A DNA stretch of 64,000 nt from Paraphysomonas bandaiensis (lineage: Eukaryota > Protista > Chrysophyceae), in assembly GCA_965644295.1 (NCBI GenBank), contig CBFFRP010000080.1, positions 186,001-250,000 of the forward strand. The letters are read 5' to 3'. Of the stretch, positions 13,201-28,200 are shown in pieces. The position numbers were made by a program, and so were the translations under genes. Below the pieces are notes generated by a model. That model was not told where the DNA came from. It was given only the letters and a program-made list of their open reading frames with translations, and searched no databases. How positions within the stretch are numbered: position 1 is the first letter of the stretch; each line of letters begins with the position of its first letter.

Positions 13201-16200
13201 ATATCAACTCCTCGTCAGCATAATGTCCCGTTACAGTAGACGCAAACTTAACCGTCGGAAGGTTAAACTGTACTAATAACAACTCCTTCTCATAAGCAGA
13301 AATAATATCTGTCATCAACGGAGAGTGAAATGCCCTCGATACCTTCAACTGACGATGGCTCATATTCATCAAACCAGTGCTGTTCAACACTTTCTGAACT
13401 CCATCCACAGACCCGGATACTACCACACTACGAGGTCCATTCACTGCAGCCACAGACACTTCGTTCGTCAAACCTGAATCAGAGATTGCGCTGATTACCT
13501 CATCAGCTGTTGCTCGGACGGCATACATGCAACCCACACACCCATCACTCTCCTGCATCAAGCGACCACGTATACACACCAGTCGCAAACTATCCTCCAA
13601 TGACAAAACTCCGCTGACAATAGCAGCTGCATACTCTCCTAGACTGTGACCCATCACTGCAGCTGGGCGAATACCCCGTGACAACCATACCTGACTTAGA
13701 CAATACTCAAGAGCCACTAGTATAGGCTGAGAGTACGCAGTCTCCGAAAGGTACTCCGCTGCACTAACCTCAGTCAATCCGCCACAGATTCCAGGATACA
13801 ATAACTCAGATGCACCTACACCCAAATGGGATCGGAGAATATCATCACACCGACTCATAGCGTCACGAAATGTGGACTCCGATTCATACATATCGCGCAA
13901 TACGCCAACACTGAGAGTCCCCTGTCCAGCAAACTGCCACACCATACCCGCTATACATGTCTCTGATGTCGTATCTGATGCGAATTGGCTGCTAGAAATT
14001 ATACCAGGCGATCGGGAGTGAGAGACAGGAGCTTCCTCCAATATCACATGAGATATTGTGCCGCTATAACCAAATGAACTCACTCCAGCTAACAAAGGAC
14101 GATCCCCGTGTCGAACCAAGGGTGTAGGTTCCGTGGGAAACGAAATTGGACTGCCTGACACAGACGCTGCCACCTTCGAGTTCAGCTCACGCAGCTGGGC
14201 ATTTGGAGGAGCTTGCTTATAATGAAGTGCCAATATCGCCGATAATATACCTCCTATACCTGCTGCTGCCTCCATGTGACCGATATTCGCCTTCACACCA
14301 GAAACATACAATGTATTCTCTTCACTCCGCCCATGACCATATACCGATGACAAAGCCTCCGTCTCAATAGGATCACCTAGTTTCGTCCCAGTCCCGTGAG
14401 CCTCAATAAGAGATACATCACCAGCATCCACACCAGCATCTGATAATGCCGCACGAAGAAGCTGCTCCTGGGCAAGACCATTGGGGGCTGTCAAACTAGC
14501 ACTCTTACCGTCCTGCATCACTGCTGACCCTCGTACAACTGCATATATACCATCATTATCTCGTTCTGCATCACTCAATCGTTTCAACACTAAGGCACCA
14601 CATCCCTCAGCTCTGCAGTATCCGTTGGCGGATTCATCAAAGGTGTGGCACTTTCCATCTGGTGATGTCATACGGGCAAGGGCGGCTGATATCGATGATG
14701 TTGCACTTAAAAGATTGGCACCAGCCACGATTGCTACTGTACACTCATTAGAATTCAATGATCGGATTGCTAAATGCAAGCCCACAACGGTTGAAGAGCA
14801 GGCCGTATCAACTGTGCAACATGGACCTTGGAATCCAAACACGTACGACAAACGTCCGGAACAGACTGAGAGAGTATTGGATGAGGCATCATACACGGAA
14901 GATGGAAACCGGCATTGCAAACCTTCGACTGTAGTACCATATCCATCAGTTGAACCCATCATACCAACAAAAACTCCTATATTTTCACCTTTCAGTTCTG
15001 AGATATCGTAGCCAGCATCTCGCAGTGCTTCGTGAGTACACTCCAAAAGCAATCGTTGGCTCGGATCCATACAAGATGCCTCTGCATCAGAAATGCCAAA
15101 CAGTGACGCATCGAAACTCTCCAGGACATCATCAGACAAGAAGCCACCATATCGCGTACGCTCTAAAATGCTTGGGTCATTCCAGGAACTATGAGCCACC
15201 AATGAATCTACATCCCACCGATCCAGTGAAACAGTGCTTGTCATATCACGGCCCTCACATAACATACTCCACATTGATTCCAAATTATTAACATTACCAG
15301 GAAGACGGCAACTTACTCCAACGATGGCAACATTGCCACTCCCATTGTATTTATATGGCAGCACACTATCTGGCGATTCCGCAGTTGTAATCGATTCTGC
15401 CAGCCCGAGAAGATCGATTATATGCCCAGTTATTTCCCGAAGCGTTGGATAATTAAATACCAATGTTGGTAAAACACGAACACCGAATTCAGATGCCAGT
15501 GTGCTGGCTAACTCTGTCATTGCTAAAGAGTCCAGTCCCATATCCATCACTTGGTCATCTTCTGATACGCCAGTCATTTCCAACAAAGATTCAACAACAC
15601 TGCGAACAACTCGAACCACTTCTTCTTTCGACCAACCTTTGTTCACCTCCTTCGTTATAGTTTTGGAAATACTACTACGTAGAGAAACTACTCGACTATT
15701 AGAACGGCTGACGCTCTTAAACTGCGCTGATATACTTCGTGACATCCACGCATCAGCTCCACGAGGGAGAACAGTAATCACACCATTTTTTTGACATGCA
15801 CCTATCATCGTGTCTAATATCCTAGACGCAGATGATGGGTCTATGCTCATGCCTGCATCCATTCCTCCCACAGCTGCAGCCATGCCAATACCAGTAATTG
15901 CAGGCCATTGAATGCCGATACCACAAAGTCCCCTATCAACACGATACTCAATAAGTTCATCAAGAAAGCTATTAGCTGCGCCATATGCTGATTGGCCAAT
16001 ATTACCGATGGCTGATGCAATAGATGAATACACAACAAAGAGCGAAAGCGAATCATCCAACGTGTGCTTGTGTAACAACCACGCACTGTGAGCTTTAGAT
16101 GCCCATACATCAGCACAACCAGATGCTGCACCACCCCCACGAATCAACGCATCACGAAGCACTCCTGCTGCATGAATAATACCCCGAATACCCCCACCCA

Positions 16201-19200
16201 TCTCACGGACCTCCCGTAACATATCCACAACAGAAGACTCGTCAGATACGTCACAACACATCACATGAACCTCACTGCCAGAGGACTTTTGAAGCCACTC
16301 CAATTCCGACTCAAGACCTTGGCCAGTGTATGACACCTTACCAGACCGAGACAAAAGCACCAATCTTGACGCACCATGACCAGCTAGTATTCTTGCAGTC
16401 AAAAGCCCAAGTCCACCCAATCCACCGGTTATAATAAATGTCCCTCCTGCCACATCGTCTACATCGTACATTTCTCTACGGCACAACTCCAGCGGCTCGT
16501 ATCGCTTCACCGAGCGCACACCGTCCCGATACTTCACATCTATTTCACTTTGGAAATGCAAAAGTTCGGTCCGAACCGCTGAATGTGCACTACATATATC
16601 CGTATCAACAAGTTCGATATCCACTGTAGGGTACTCCAATTGAGCACATCTCATTGCTCCAGCTAAAGAACGAAGAGTAATATCCCTCTCATCAGATGAA
16701 TCCACCGCTACTACCATTAATCGAGTTGTTAGGCCACAGCAAATATCAAGCAACGACAATATGGTCGCTACTACTTCACCTCCATCAACGCACCCGTGAT
16801 GTTTCGATACACTATTGAGACATAAAATCACCAAGTCATATTCTTTCAACTGTATAGACTGGTCTAGTGGCTTTTCGTTGTTATTTAAATCATACAGCTC
16901 GATGTGAGAGGGAAAATCGGGGAGAGCATCGTCACCAACTAAAGAATCATATGACGTACTGTCGCCAACAACAAGACATGACGACATTGAGTTGGTACAT
17001 CGCCCAGGATCAGTGCTACTTACTATCCAATGAGATGAAAGTTGGGAATAAGGCGTTGAGACATCGACATCAGTATTGTGCACACTGCGGGAATATAGTC
17101 CTTCCAAATAAAGAACTGCATGGCCTGAGGCAGAGAAAAGTGTAATATTAAACACCGACATGTCTGCCGTGCATTCTCGCACTTCCACAACGACTTCACA
17201 CCAATCTGATAACCAAATATGCAACAATTTATCATGCCTAAACCAAATGTGATCTATAGCGTACGGGATTTGAGCACCATGAATATTGTTACAAAATGCA
17301 TACGCCGCTGATGTTTGTAAAGCAGCGTCCAAAAGTGGAGGAGGAAGTACGTAATTCTTACTCATACCGATATCTCCAGTCGATATGCGCGACAAGACAT
17401 ATTTCATAGATGAATCACATCGAACTGCAGTCGCTAATCGAAACTTCGGGCCATAAAATAAGCCATTGTCCGAAAACCGGGAATACAATGCTCCGACGTC
17501 AACTTCATCAGTACACAAAGAACGTATCGTTTCCAGACGTTTCTCCATCATATGCCAATCAGGAGACAACTCGTCATTTACAAGTGACACTGAACAACGG
17601 GCATTCGACACCCTTGAATCACTTTGGTTACTGAACCATTCTAACTGGTTTCCGTCCGATACACACCACATACGTGTAGCAGCACTGTTTAAATCACTTC
17701 TCGTTACATTTGTTACCACTATTGGTCGGGTAATGGTAAGTGCTTCTAAATGGAGTGCAGATGTTAAATGAAGAGTACTGGTCTCCCTGATAACTGCAGC
17801 AATAGCCATGTCTATCATTCCAGCGCCTGGAAAAACTATGTCATTATGTAGGACATGATCACGAAGCCATTCCTCTAATATTCCCACATGAAGATAGGAG
17901 TTATATATGATATGATCACGTATTGAATCATTTTCTTCTAAGCACAATAAGCGATGAAAACGAAATCGTTTTGAAACTGTGAAGTTTTTGTTCAAATCTT
18001 GTTGGACAAAATCTGAGATACCACGATTACGAGAAATTGGTGCTTCCTCCAATATCACATGAGATATTGTACCACTGAAACCAAATGAACTCACTCCAGC
18101 TAACAAAGGACGATCCCCATGTCGAACCAATGGTGTAGGTTCCGTGGGAAACGAAATTGGACTGCCTGACACAGACGCTGCCACCTTCGAGTTCAGCTCA
18201 CGCAGCTGGGCATTTGGAGGAGCTTGCTTATAATGAAGTGCCAATATCGCCGATAATATACCTCCTATACCTGCTGCTGCCTCCATGTGACCGATATTCG
18301 CCTTCACACCAGAAACATACAATGTATTCTCTTCACTCCGCCCATGACCATATACCGACGATAAAGCCTCCGTCTCAATAGGATCACCTAGTTTCGTCCC
18401 AGTCCCGTGAGCCTCAATAAGAGATACATCACCAGCATCCACACCAGCATCTGATAATGCCGCACGAAGAAGCTGCTCCTGGGCAAGACCATTGGGGGCT
18501 GTCAAACTAGCACTCTTACCGTCCTGCATCACTGCTGACCCTCGTACAACTGCATATATACCATCATTATCTCGTTCTGCATCACTCAATCGTTTCAACA
18601 CTAAGGCACCACATCCCTCAGCTCTGCAGTATCCGTTGGCGGATTCATCAAAGGTGTGGCACTTGCCATCCGGTGATGTCATGCCGGCAACTGCACAAGA
18701 AACCCCCAAGTCAGATGTCAATACGCATACTGCAGAAACCACAGCAATATCACATTCATTGTGTTCCAAGCAACGAGATGCGGTATGCAAGGCTACCAGT
18801 GATGAAGAGCACGCAGTGTCTATTGAGCAGCATGGGCCTTGGAAACCAAACACATAAGATATTCGGCCAGCAGCGACGGAGAGTGACCTTCGAGTTACAT
18901 CGTAAACGGAAAAGTCAGAATGGTTCCTGCTATTTACAGAGCAGCTATTTTCCATTATTATATCTCCCATAATTCCTATGAACACCCCAACCCTCTTGCC
19001 TTTTAATTCAACGATATCGTAGCCAGCATCAACAAGCGATTCGTAAGTACATTCCAACAATAGGCGCTGACTAGGATCCATACGAGATGCCTCAGCCTCC
19101 GATATTCCAAACAAAGAAGGATTGAAACCTTCTAAAACTTCATCAGACATAAATCCACCGTAACGAACACGATTTAATACACTTGGATCTGTCAATTTGC

Positions 19201-22200
19201 TGTTTGCTATAAGAAAATCCGTATCCCATCGACTAACAGACACCGTGCTAGTCGCATCACGACGCTCACTCAACATATTCCACAGTGAGTTAAGATCTCT
19301 CACGTCACCAGGTAGGCGACAACTCACTCCTACAATGGACATCTTATGATTTGAGTCAGTCTCTTGTAAAGTTGAAGGCGCCTGTATATCCAAACTTGCT
19401 GACAGCCCGAGCTGCTCAAGAACATAAGTAGTTATATCTCCAAGCGTCGGATACTTAAAAACAAGCGTGGGTAGAACGCGAATTCCAAACTCATTCGACA
19501 GTTTGCTGGCTAATTCTGTAACAGCTAGTGAATCAAGGCCTAAGTCCATTACCTGAACACCTTCAGACACACCAGACACTCCTAACAACGACTCCAGAAT
19601 ACTTCGAACCATCAATACTACATCATCTGGCGACCGGTTTATACGCGTTGAATTTGATGTTGTCTTATTTATTAAACTCTTGGAAGAAATATTCTCTCCA
19701 AAAGACACAAGTGAATTAATGTCCTCAAATTGTTGTCTTATTCTATTAGACATCCATCGCCCCATGCCACGAGGAGCAACAGTAACAACGCCACCCGCTC
19801 GATTCGGATCCAAAAGAAAATAACGCAAAACCTGCTCCACACATTTCGGATCAGCACTTAACCCATAGCCATCTATACCTGCAGCTGCAGCCATGCCAAT
19901 ACCAGTAATTGCAGGCCATTGAATGCCGATACCACAAAGTCCCCTATCAACACGATACTCAATAAGTTCATCAAGAAAGCTATTAGCTGCGCCATATGCT
20001 GATTGGCCAATATTACCGATGGCTGATGCAATAGATGAATACACAACAAAGAGCGAAAGCGAATCATCCAACGTGTGCTTGTGTAACAACCACGCACTGT
20101 GAGCTTTAGATGCCCATACATCAGCACAACCAGATGCTGCACCACCCCCACGAATCAACGCATCACGAAGCACTCCTGCTGCATGAATAATACCCCGAAT
20201 ACCCCCACCCATCTCACGGACCTCCCGTAACATATCCACAACAGATGACTCGTCAGATACGTCACAACACATCACATGAACCTCACTGCCAGAGGACTTT
20301 TGAAGCCACTCCAATTCCGACTCAAGACCTTGGCCAGTGTATGACACCTTACCAGACCGAGACAAAAGCACCAATCTTGACGCACCATGACCAGCTAGTA
20401 TTCTTGCAGTCAAAAGCCCAAGTCCACCCAATCCACCGGTTATAATAAATGTCCCTCCTGCCACATCGTCTACATCGTACATTTCTCTACGGCACAACTC
20501 CAGCGGCTCGTATCGCTTCACCGAGCGCACACCGTCCCGATACTTCACATCTATTTCACTTTGGAAATGCAAAAGTTCGGTCCGAACCGCTGAATGTGCA
20601 CTACATATATCCGTATCAACAAGTTCGATATCCACTGTAGGGTACTCCAATTGAGCACATCTCATTGCTCCAGCTAAAGAACGAAGAGTAATATCCCTCT
20701 CATCAGATGAATCCACCGCTACTACCATTAATCGAGTTGTTAGGCCACAGCAAATATCAAGCAACGACAATATGGTCGCTACTACTTCACCTCCATCAAC
20801 GCACCCGTGATGTTTCGATACACTATTGAGACATAAAATCACCAAGTCATATTCTTTCAACTGTATAGACTGGTCTAGTGGCTTTTCGTTGTTATTTAAA
20901 TCATACAGCTCGATGTGAGAGGGAAAATCGGGGAGAGCATCGTCACCAACTAAAGAATCATATGACGTACTGTCGCCAACAACAAGACATGATGACATTG
21001 AGTTGGTACATCGCCCAGGATCAGTGCTACTTACTATCCAATGAGATGAAAGTTGGGAATAAGGCGTTGAGACATCGACATCAGTATTGTGCACACTGCG
21101 GGAATATAGTCCTTCCAAATAAAGAACTGCATGGCCTGAGGCAGAGAAAAGTGTAATATTAAACACCGACATGTCTGCCGTGCATTCTCGCACTTCCACA
21201 ACGACTTCACACCAATCTGATAACCAAATATGCAACAATTTATCATGCCTAAACCAAATGTGATCTATAGCGTACGGGATTTGAGCACCATGAATATTGT
21301 TACAAAATGCATACGCCGCTGATGTTTGTAAAGCAGCGTCCAAAAGTGGAGGAGGAAGTACGTAATTCTTACTCATACCGATATCTCCAGTCGATATGCG
21401 CGACAAGACATATTTCATAGATGAATCACATCGAACTGCAGTCGCTAATCGAAACTTCGGGCCATAAAATAAGCCATTGTCCGAAAACCGGGAATACAAT
21501 GCTCCGACGTCAACTTCATCAGTACACAAAGAACGTATCGTTTCCAGACGTTTCTCCATCATATGCCAATCAGGAGACAACTCGTCATTTACAAGTGACA
21601 CTGAACAACGGGCATTCGACACCCTTGAATCACTTTGGTTACTGAACCATTCTAACTGGTTTCCGTCCGATACACACCACATACGTGTAGCAGCACTGTT
21701 TAAATCACTTCTCGTTACATTTGTTACCACTATTGGTCGGGTAATGGTAAGTGCTTCTAAATGGAGTGCAGATGTTAAATGAAGAGTACTGGTCTCCCTG
21801 ATAACTGCAGCAATAGCCATGTCTATCATTCCAGCGCCTGGAAAAACTATGTCATTATGTAGGACATGATCACGAAGCCATTCCTCTAATATTCCCACAT
21901 GAAGATAGGAGTTGAAAGTAATGGTATTGGTCATTTCATTCAGTGACTGAAACTGAAAGAGACGGTGAAAACTCTTGCGCATTTTGTAAAGTTTAATATT
22001 CGTCTGTCTAGTCGATATAACAGATGAAACTGCTTGTTTCAGAGTTGAATATCTCTCTACTTCAGTGCCAGAAAAAAAACTTAATGTAGATGATTCGATT
22101 GTCGTCGTAGCAGCAATACGCTCACCGAGCCGCGATAAAGTTTTGTCTGCTCCCATCTCAACAAACACACAGTCACCATCACGACTCTCTCCAGTAAAAC

Positions 22201-25200
22201 ATACCTCCACTGCTGACTCATACAACACTGGCTGCAATATATGCTTCAACCAATATGACGATGATATCAACTCCTCGTCAGCATAATGTCCCGTTACAGT
22301 AGACACAAACTTAACCGTCGGAAGGTTAAACTGTACTAATAACAACTCCTTCTCATAAGCAGAAATAATATCTGTCATCAACGGAGAGTGAAATGCCCTC
22401 GATACCTTCAACTGACGATGGCTCATATTCATCAAACCAGTGCTGTTCAACACTTTCTGAACTCCATCCACAGACCCGGATACTACCACACTACGAGGTC
22501 CATTCACTGCAGCCACAGACACTTCGTTCGTCAAACCTGAATCAGAGATTGCACTGATTACCTCATCAGCTGTTGCTCGGACAGCATACATGCAACCCAC
22601 ACACCCATCACTCTCCTGCATCAAGCGACCACGTATACACACCAGTCGCAAACTATCCTCCAATGACAAAACTCCGCTGACAATAGCAGCTGCATACTCT
22701 CCTAGACTGTGACCCATCACTGCAGCTGGGCGAATACCCCGTGACAACCATACCTGGCTTAGACAATACTCAAGAGCCACTAGTATAGGCTGAGAGTACA
22801 CAGTCTCCGAAAGGTGCTCCGCTGCACTAACCTCAGTCAATCCGCCACAGATTCCAGGATACAATAACTCAGATGCACCTACACCCAAATGGGATCGGAG
22901 AATATCATCACACCGACTCATAGCGTCACGAAATGTGGACTCCGATTCATACATATCGCGCAATACGCCAACACTGAGAGTCCCCTGTCCAGCAAACTGC
23001 CACACCATACCCGCTATACATGTCTCTGATGTCGTATCTGATGCGAATTGGCTGCTAGAAATAATACCAGCTGATCGGGAGTGAGAGACAGGAGCTTCCT
23101 CCAATATCACATGAGATATTGTGCCGCTATAACCAAATGAACTCACTCCAGCTAACAAAGGACGATCCCCATGTCGAACCAATGGTGTAGGTTCCGTGGG
23201 AAACGAAATTGGACTGCCTGACACAGACGCTGCCACCTTCGAGTTCAGCTCACGCAGCTGGGCATTTGGAGGAGCTTGCTTATAATGAAGTGCCAATATC
23301 GCCGATAATATACCTCCTATACCTGCTGCTGCCTCCATGTGACCGATATTCGCCTTCACACCAGAAACATACAATGTATTCTCTTCACTCCGCCCATGAC
23401 CATATACCGACGATAAAGCCTCCGTCTCAATAGGATCACCTAGTTTCGTCCCAGTCCCGTGAGCCTCAATAAGAGATACATCACCAGCATCCACACCAGC
23501 ATCTGATAATGCCGCACGAAGAAGCTGCTCCTGGGCAAGACCATTGGGGGCTGTCAAACTAGCACTCTTACCGTCCTGCATCACTGCTGACCCTCGTACA
23601 ACTGCATATATACCATCATTATCTCGTTCTGCATCACTCAATCGTTTCAACACTAAGGCACCACATCCCTCAGCTCTGCAGTATCCGTTGGCGGATTCAT
23701 CAAAGGTGTGGCACTTGCCATCCGGTGATGTCATGCCGGCAACTGCACAAGAAACCCCCAAGTCAGATGTCAATACGCATACTGCAGAAACCACAGCAAT
23801 ATCACATTCATTGTGTTCCAAGCAACGAGATGCGGTATGCAAGGCTACCAGTGATGAAGAGCACGCAGTGTCTATTGAGCAGCATGGGCCTTGGAAACCA
23901 AACACATAAGATATTCGACCTGCGGCAACAGACAAGGCATTGCTCGTAGCATCGTATGCAGATAGCAACGGAGCCGATGTGGTATCATGGTCACAATTAC
24001 CAGATACGCCGATGAATACCCCAACCCTCTTGCCTTTTAATTCAACGATATCGTAGCCAGCATCAACAAGCGATTCGTAAGTACATTCCAACAATAGGCG
24101 ATGGCGAGGATCCATACGAGATGCCTCAGCCTCCGATATTCCAAACAAAGAAGGATTGAAACCTTCTAAAACTTCATCAGACATAAAACCACCGTAACGA
24201 ACACGATTTAATACACTTGGATCTGTCAATTTGCTGTTTGCTATAAGAAAATCCGTATCCCATCGACTAACAGACACCGTGCTAGTCGCATCACGACGCT
24301 CACTCAACATATTCCACAGTGAGTTAAGATCTCTCACGTCACCAGGTAGGCGACAACTCACTCCTACAATGGACATCTTATGATTTGAGTCAGTCTCTTG
24401 TAAAGTTGAAGGCGCCTGTATATCCAAACTTGCTGACAGCCCGAGCTGCTCAAGAACATAAGTAGTTATATCTCCAAGCGTCGGATACTTAAAAACAAGC
24501 GTGGGTAGAACGCGAATTCCAAACTCATTCGACAGTTTGCTGGCTAATTCTGTAACAGCTAGTGAATCAAGGCCTAAGTCCATTACCTGAACACCTTCAG
24601 ACACACCAGACACTCCTAACAACGACTCCAGAATACTTCGAACCATCAATACTACATCATCTGGCGACCGGTTTATACGCGTTGAATTTGATGTTGTCTT
24701 ATTTATTAAACTCTTGGAAGAAATATTCTCTCCAAAAGACACAAGTGAATTAATGTCCTCAAATTGTTGTCTTATTCTATTAGACATCCATCGCCCCATG
24801 CCACGAGGAGCAACAGTAACAACGCCACCCGCTCGATTCGGATCCAAAAGAAAATAACGCAAAACCTGCTCCACACATTTCGGATCAGCACTTAACCCAT
24901 AGCCATCTATACCTGCAGCTGCAGCCATGCCAATACCAGTAATTGCAGGCCATTGAATGCCGATACCACAAAGTCCCCTATCAACACGATACTCAATAAG
25001 TTCATCAAGAAAGCTATTAGCTGCGCCATATGCTGATTGGCCAATATTACCGATGGCTGATATAATTGATGAATACACAACAAAGAGCGAAAGCGAATCA
25101 TCCAACGTGTGCTTGTGTAACAACCACGCACTGTGAGCTTTAGATGCCCATACATCAGCACAACCAGATGCTGCACCACCCCCACGAATCAACGCATCAC

Positions 25201-28200
25201 GAAGCACTCCTGCTGCATGAATAATACCCCGAATACCCCCACCCATCTCACGGACCTCCCGTAACATATCCACAACAGAAGACTCGTCAGATACGTCACA
25301 ACACATCACATGAACCTCACTGCCAGAGGACTTTTGAAGCCACTCCAATTCCGACTCAAGACCTTGGCCAGTGTATGACACCTTACCAGACCGAGACAAA
25401 AGCACCAATCTTGACGCACCATGACCAGCTAGTATTCTTGCAGTCAAAAGCCCAAGTCCACCCAATCCACCGGTTATAACATACGTTCCGGAATTCGTTA
25501 ACCTCATATCACAAATCCCTTTGTGTGTCACAGTGGGAAGATTGAGTGTTGTATACCTCCTTACATGGCGGTATCCTTTGTGATACTTAACTTCCAGCTC
25601 ACCTTGGCATGCAGCCAATTCATTCTGGATAACTTTACACACACTTTCTGGTACTAGCACTGTGCAGTCAGCATTGACAACAACCATATCAATTTTAGGA
25701 TACTCAATAACAGCGCATTTCAGAGCCCCTGCAATGCAACTGCTGCTTAAAGCGGGGACCACAGAGGTACTTGGAAGATTACCACCGACTGTTACACACA
25801 GAACACGATTGGGAGAAGTCGCACATATACATTCGAGTGCACCTAGCCAACTCGACATAGAATACTCCATCTTTTGATCGATGATCATCACAACAACATC
25901 AAATTTTCCATTAGCACAGCATACTTCCAAGTTACGATAGTCAACGTTTTTAAAGGAGAATATATTGTTAATTCTATTTATTTCAGAAGATAACGCCGCT
26001 TCTCCAACCACAAGAACTGATGTCAAATTCAACATATCACTTGATGAAGATATTTCAGACTCAACGAAAGAACTACAGAGATAAACCTCGGAGTCTGGCT
26101 CGTCGGAATAATTACTAATCGTTAAATTAGTCAATGTTGCAAGTATATCACCCCGATATGACCGCACAATCACATTGTACACTGATGTAGTTGGTGTTAT
26201 ATCCACTACAACTCCTTCAAATTGAACTTCACTGCATCCTACAGATAAAAAATTTCGATTTACTCGTAAAAGAACCTCATCACAGCTTGAGATATGTGAA
26301 TTCGCATTTGTCATAGTCTTGGTGAAATGGGCACTGCAGCTTAAAAGAGCTACATCAAGTACAATAGGATCCAGTGAATACCCATCCGCAACTAAATCTG
26401 TGCAATGTACTGAGCCTCGAAGGAGATGTTTATTGAAGCTAAATTCATTAAATACAATGTACTTCTTCGATATCGCTTGTAAATCGTGCTCTAGAAGTTC
26501 ACTAACTGGCTCTCGAAAAGTAGTTGTAGCATTCACAACATGAGATTCGTCACACTCGCAGAAATTTATATGACCGTTGCACATATCCACGATATTCCCG
26601 TCAACTGTAACGCTCAAGATAAATTCCGAGCTCGGATACAATTCACACGCAATTGTATCTGATAATTGACTGAATAATTTAGACTGAAGCAGATTAATAC
26701 GAATTGTAACGAAAACAACAGGCTTATGAAGTTTTTCATAGTTGGACAACATATATGCACCAGCGACAGTTTCTAACGCATCGGAAAGTTCAAAGACACC
26801 TTTACGAAAACAAGTATGAGAAGGTGTCAATTTTCCAAGGTGTATGGCACTATTACTTCTCCAGTTCATAGATCTGCCTGAAAGAAGTCGATGACACGGT
26901 AGCTTATAAGGTACAAATATAGGACAATACATCCAACCATTCATAATCAAAGACGAAAGGTATTGCCAACCTCCAACGAACTCCGCATCGTTGCAAACAA
27001 ATCCACCTAAACGACTAAGTGTAAGATCTGCTCCCATCTCAACAAACACACAGTCACCATCACGACTCTCTCCAGTAAAACATACCTCCACCGCTGACTC
27101 ATACAACACTGGCTGCAATATATGCTTCAACCAATATGACGATGACATCAACTCCTCGTCAGCATAATGTCCCGTTACAGTAGACACAAACTTAATCGTC
27201 GGAAGATTAAACTGTACTAATAACAACTCCTTCTCATAAGCAGAAATAATATCTGCCATCAACGGAGAGTGAAATGCCCTCGATACCTTCAACTGACGAT
27301 GGCTCATATTCATCAAACCAGTGCTGTTCAACACTTTCTGAACTCCATCCACAGACCCGGATATTACCACACTACGAGGTCCATTCACTGCAGCCACAGA
27401 CACTTCGTTCGTCAAACCTGAATCAGAGATTGCACTGATTACCTCATCAGCTGTTGCTCGGACGGCATACATGCAACCCACACACCCATCACTCTCCTGC
27501 ATCAAGCGACCACGTATACACACCAGTCGCAAACTATCCTCCAATGACAAAACTCCGCTGACAATAGCAGCTGCATACTCTCCTAGACTGTGACCCATCA
27601 CTGCAGCTGGGCGAATACCCCGTGACAACCATACCTGGCTTAGACAATACTCAAGAGCCACTAGTATAGGCTGAGAGTACACAGTCTCCGAAAGGTGCTC
27701 CGCTGCACTAACCTCAGTCAATCCGCCACAGATTCCAGGATACAATAACTCAGATGCACCTACACCCAAATGGGATCGGAGAATATCATCACACCGACTC
27801 ATAGCGTCACGAAATGTGGACTCCGATTCATACATATCGCGCAATACGCCAACACTGAGAGTCCCCTGTCCAGCAAACTGCCACACCATACCCGCTATAC
27901 ATGTCTCTGATGTCGTATCTGATGCGAATTGGCTGCTAGAAATAATACCAGGCGATCGGGAGTGAGAGACAGGAGCTTCCTCCAATATCACATGAGATAT
28001 TGTGCCGCTATAACCAAATGAACTCACTCCAGCTAACAAAGGACGATCCCCATGTCGAACCAAGGGTGTAGGTTCCGTGGGAAACGAAATTGGACTGCCT
28101 GATACAGATGCTGCCACCTTCGAGTTCAACTCACGCAGCTGGGCATTTGGAGGAGCTTGCTTATAATGAAGTGCCAATATAGCCGATAATATACCTCCTA

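Noticed and set aside
20460-21090. Enoylreductase or methyltransferase between DH and KR
   Set aside because: Only about 210 aa, with no ER GGVG or SAM GxGxG motif; ends in AQLEYP...EVKY-like text typical of the KR structural subdomain.
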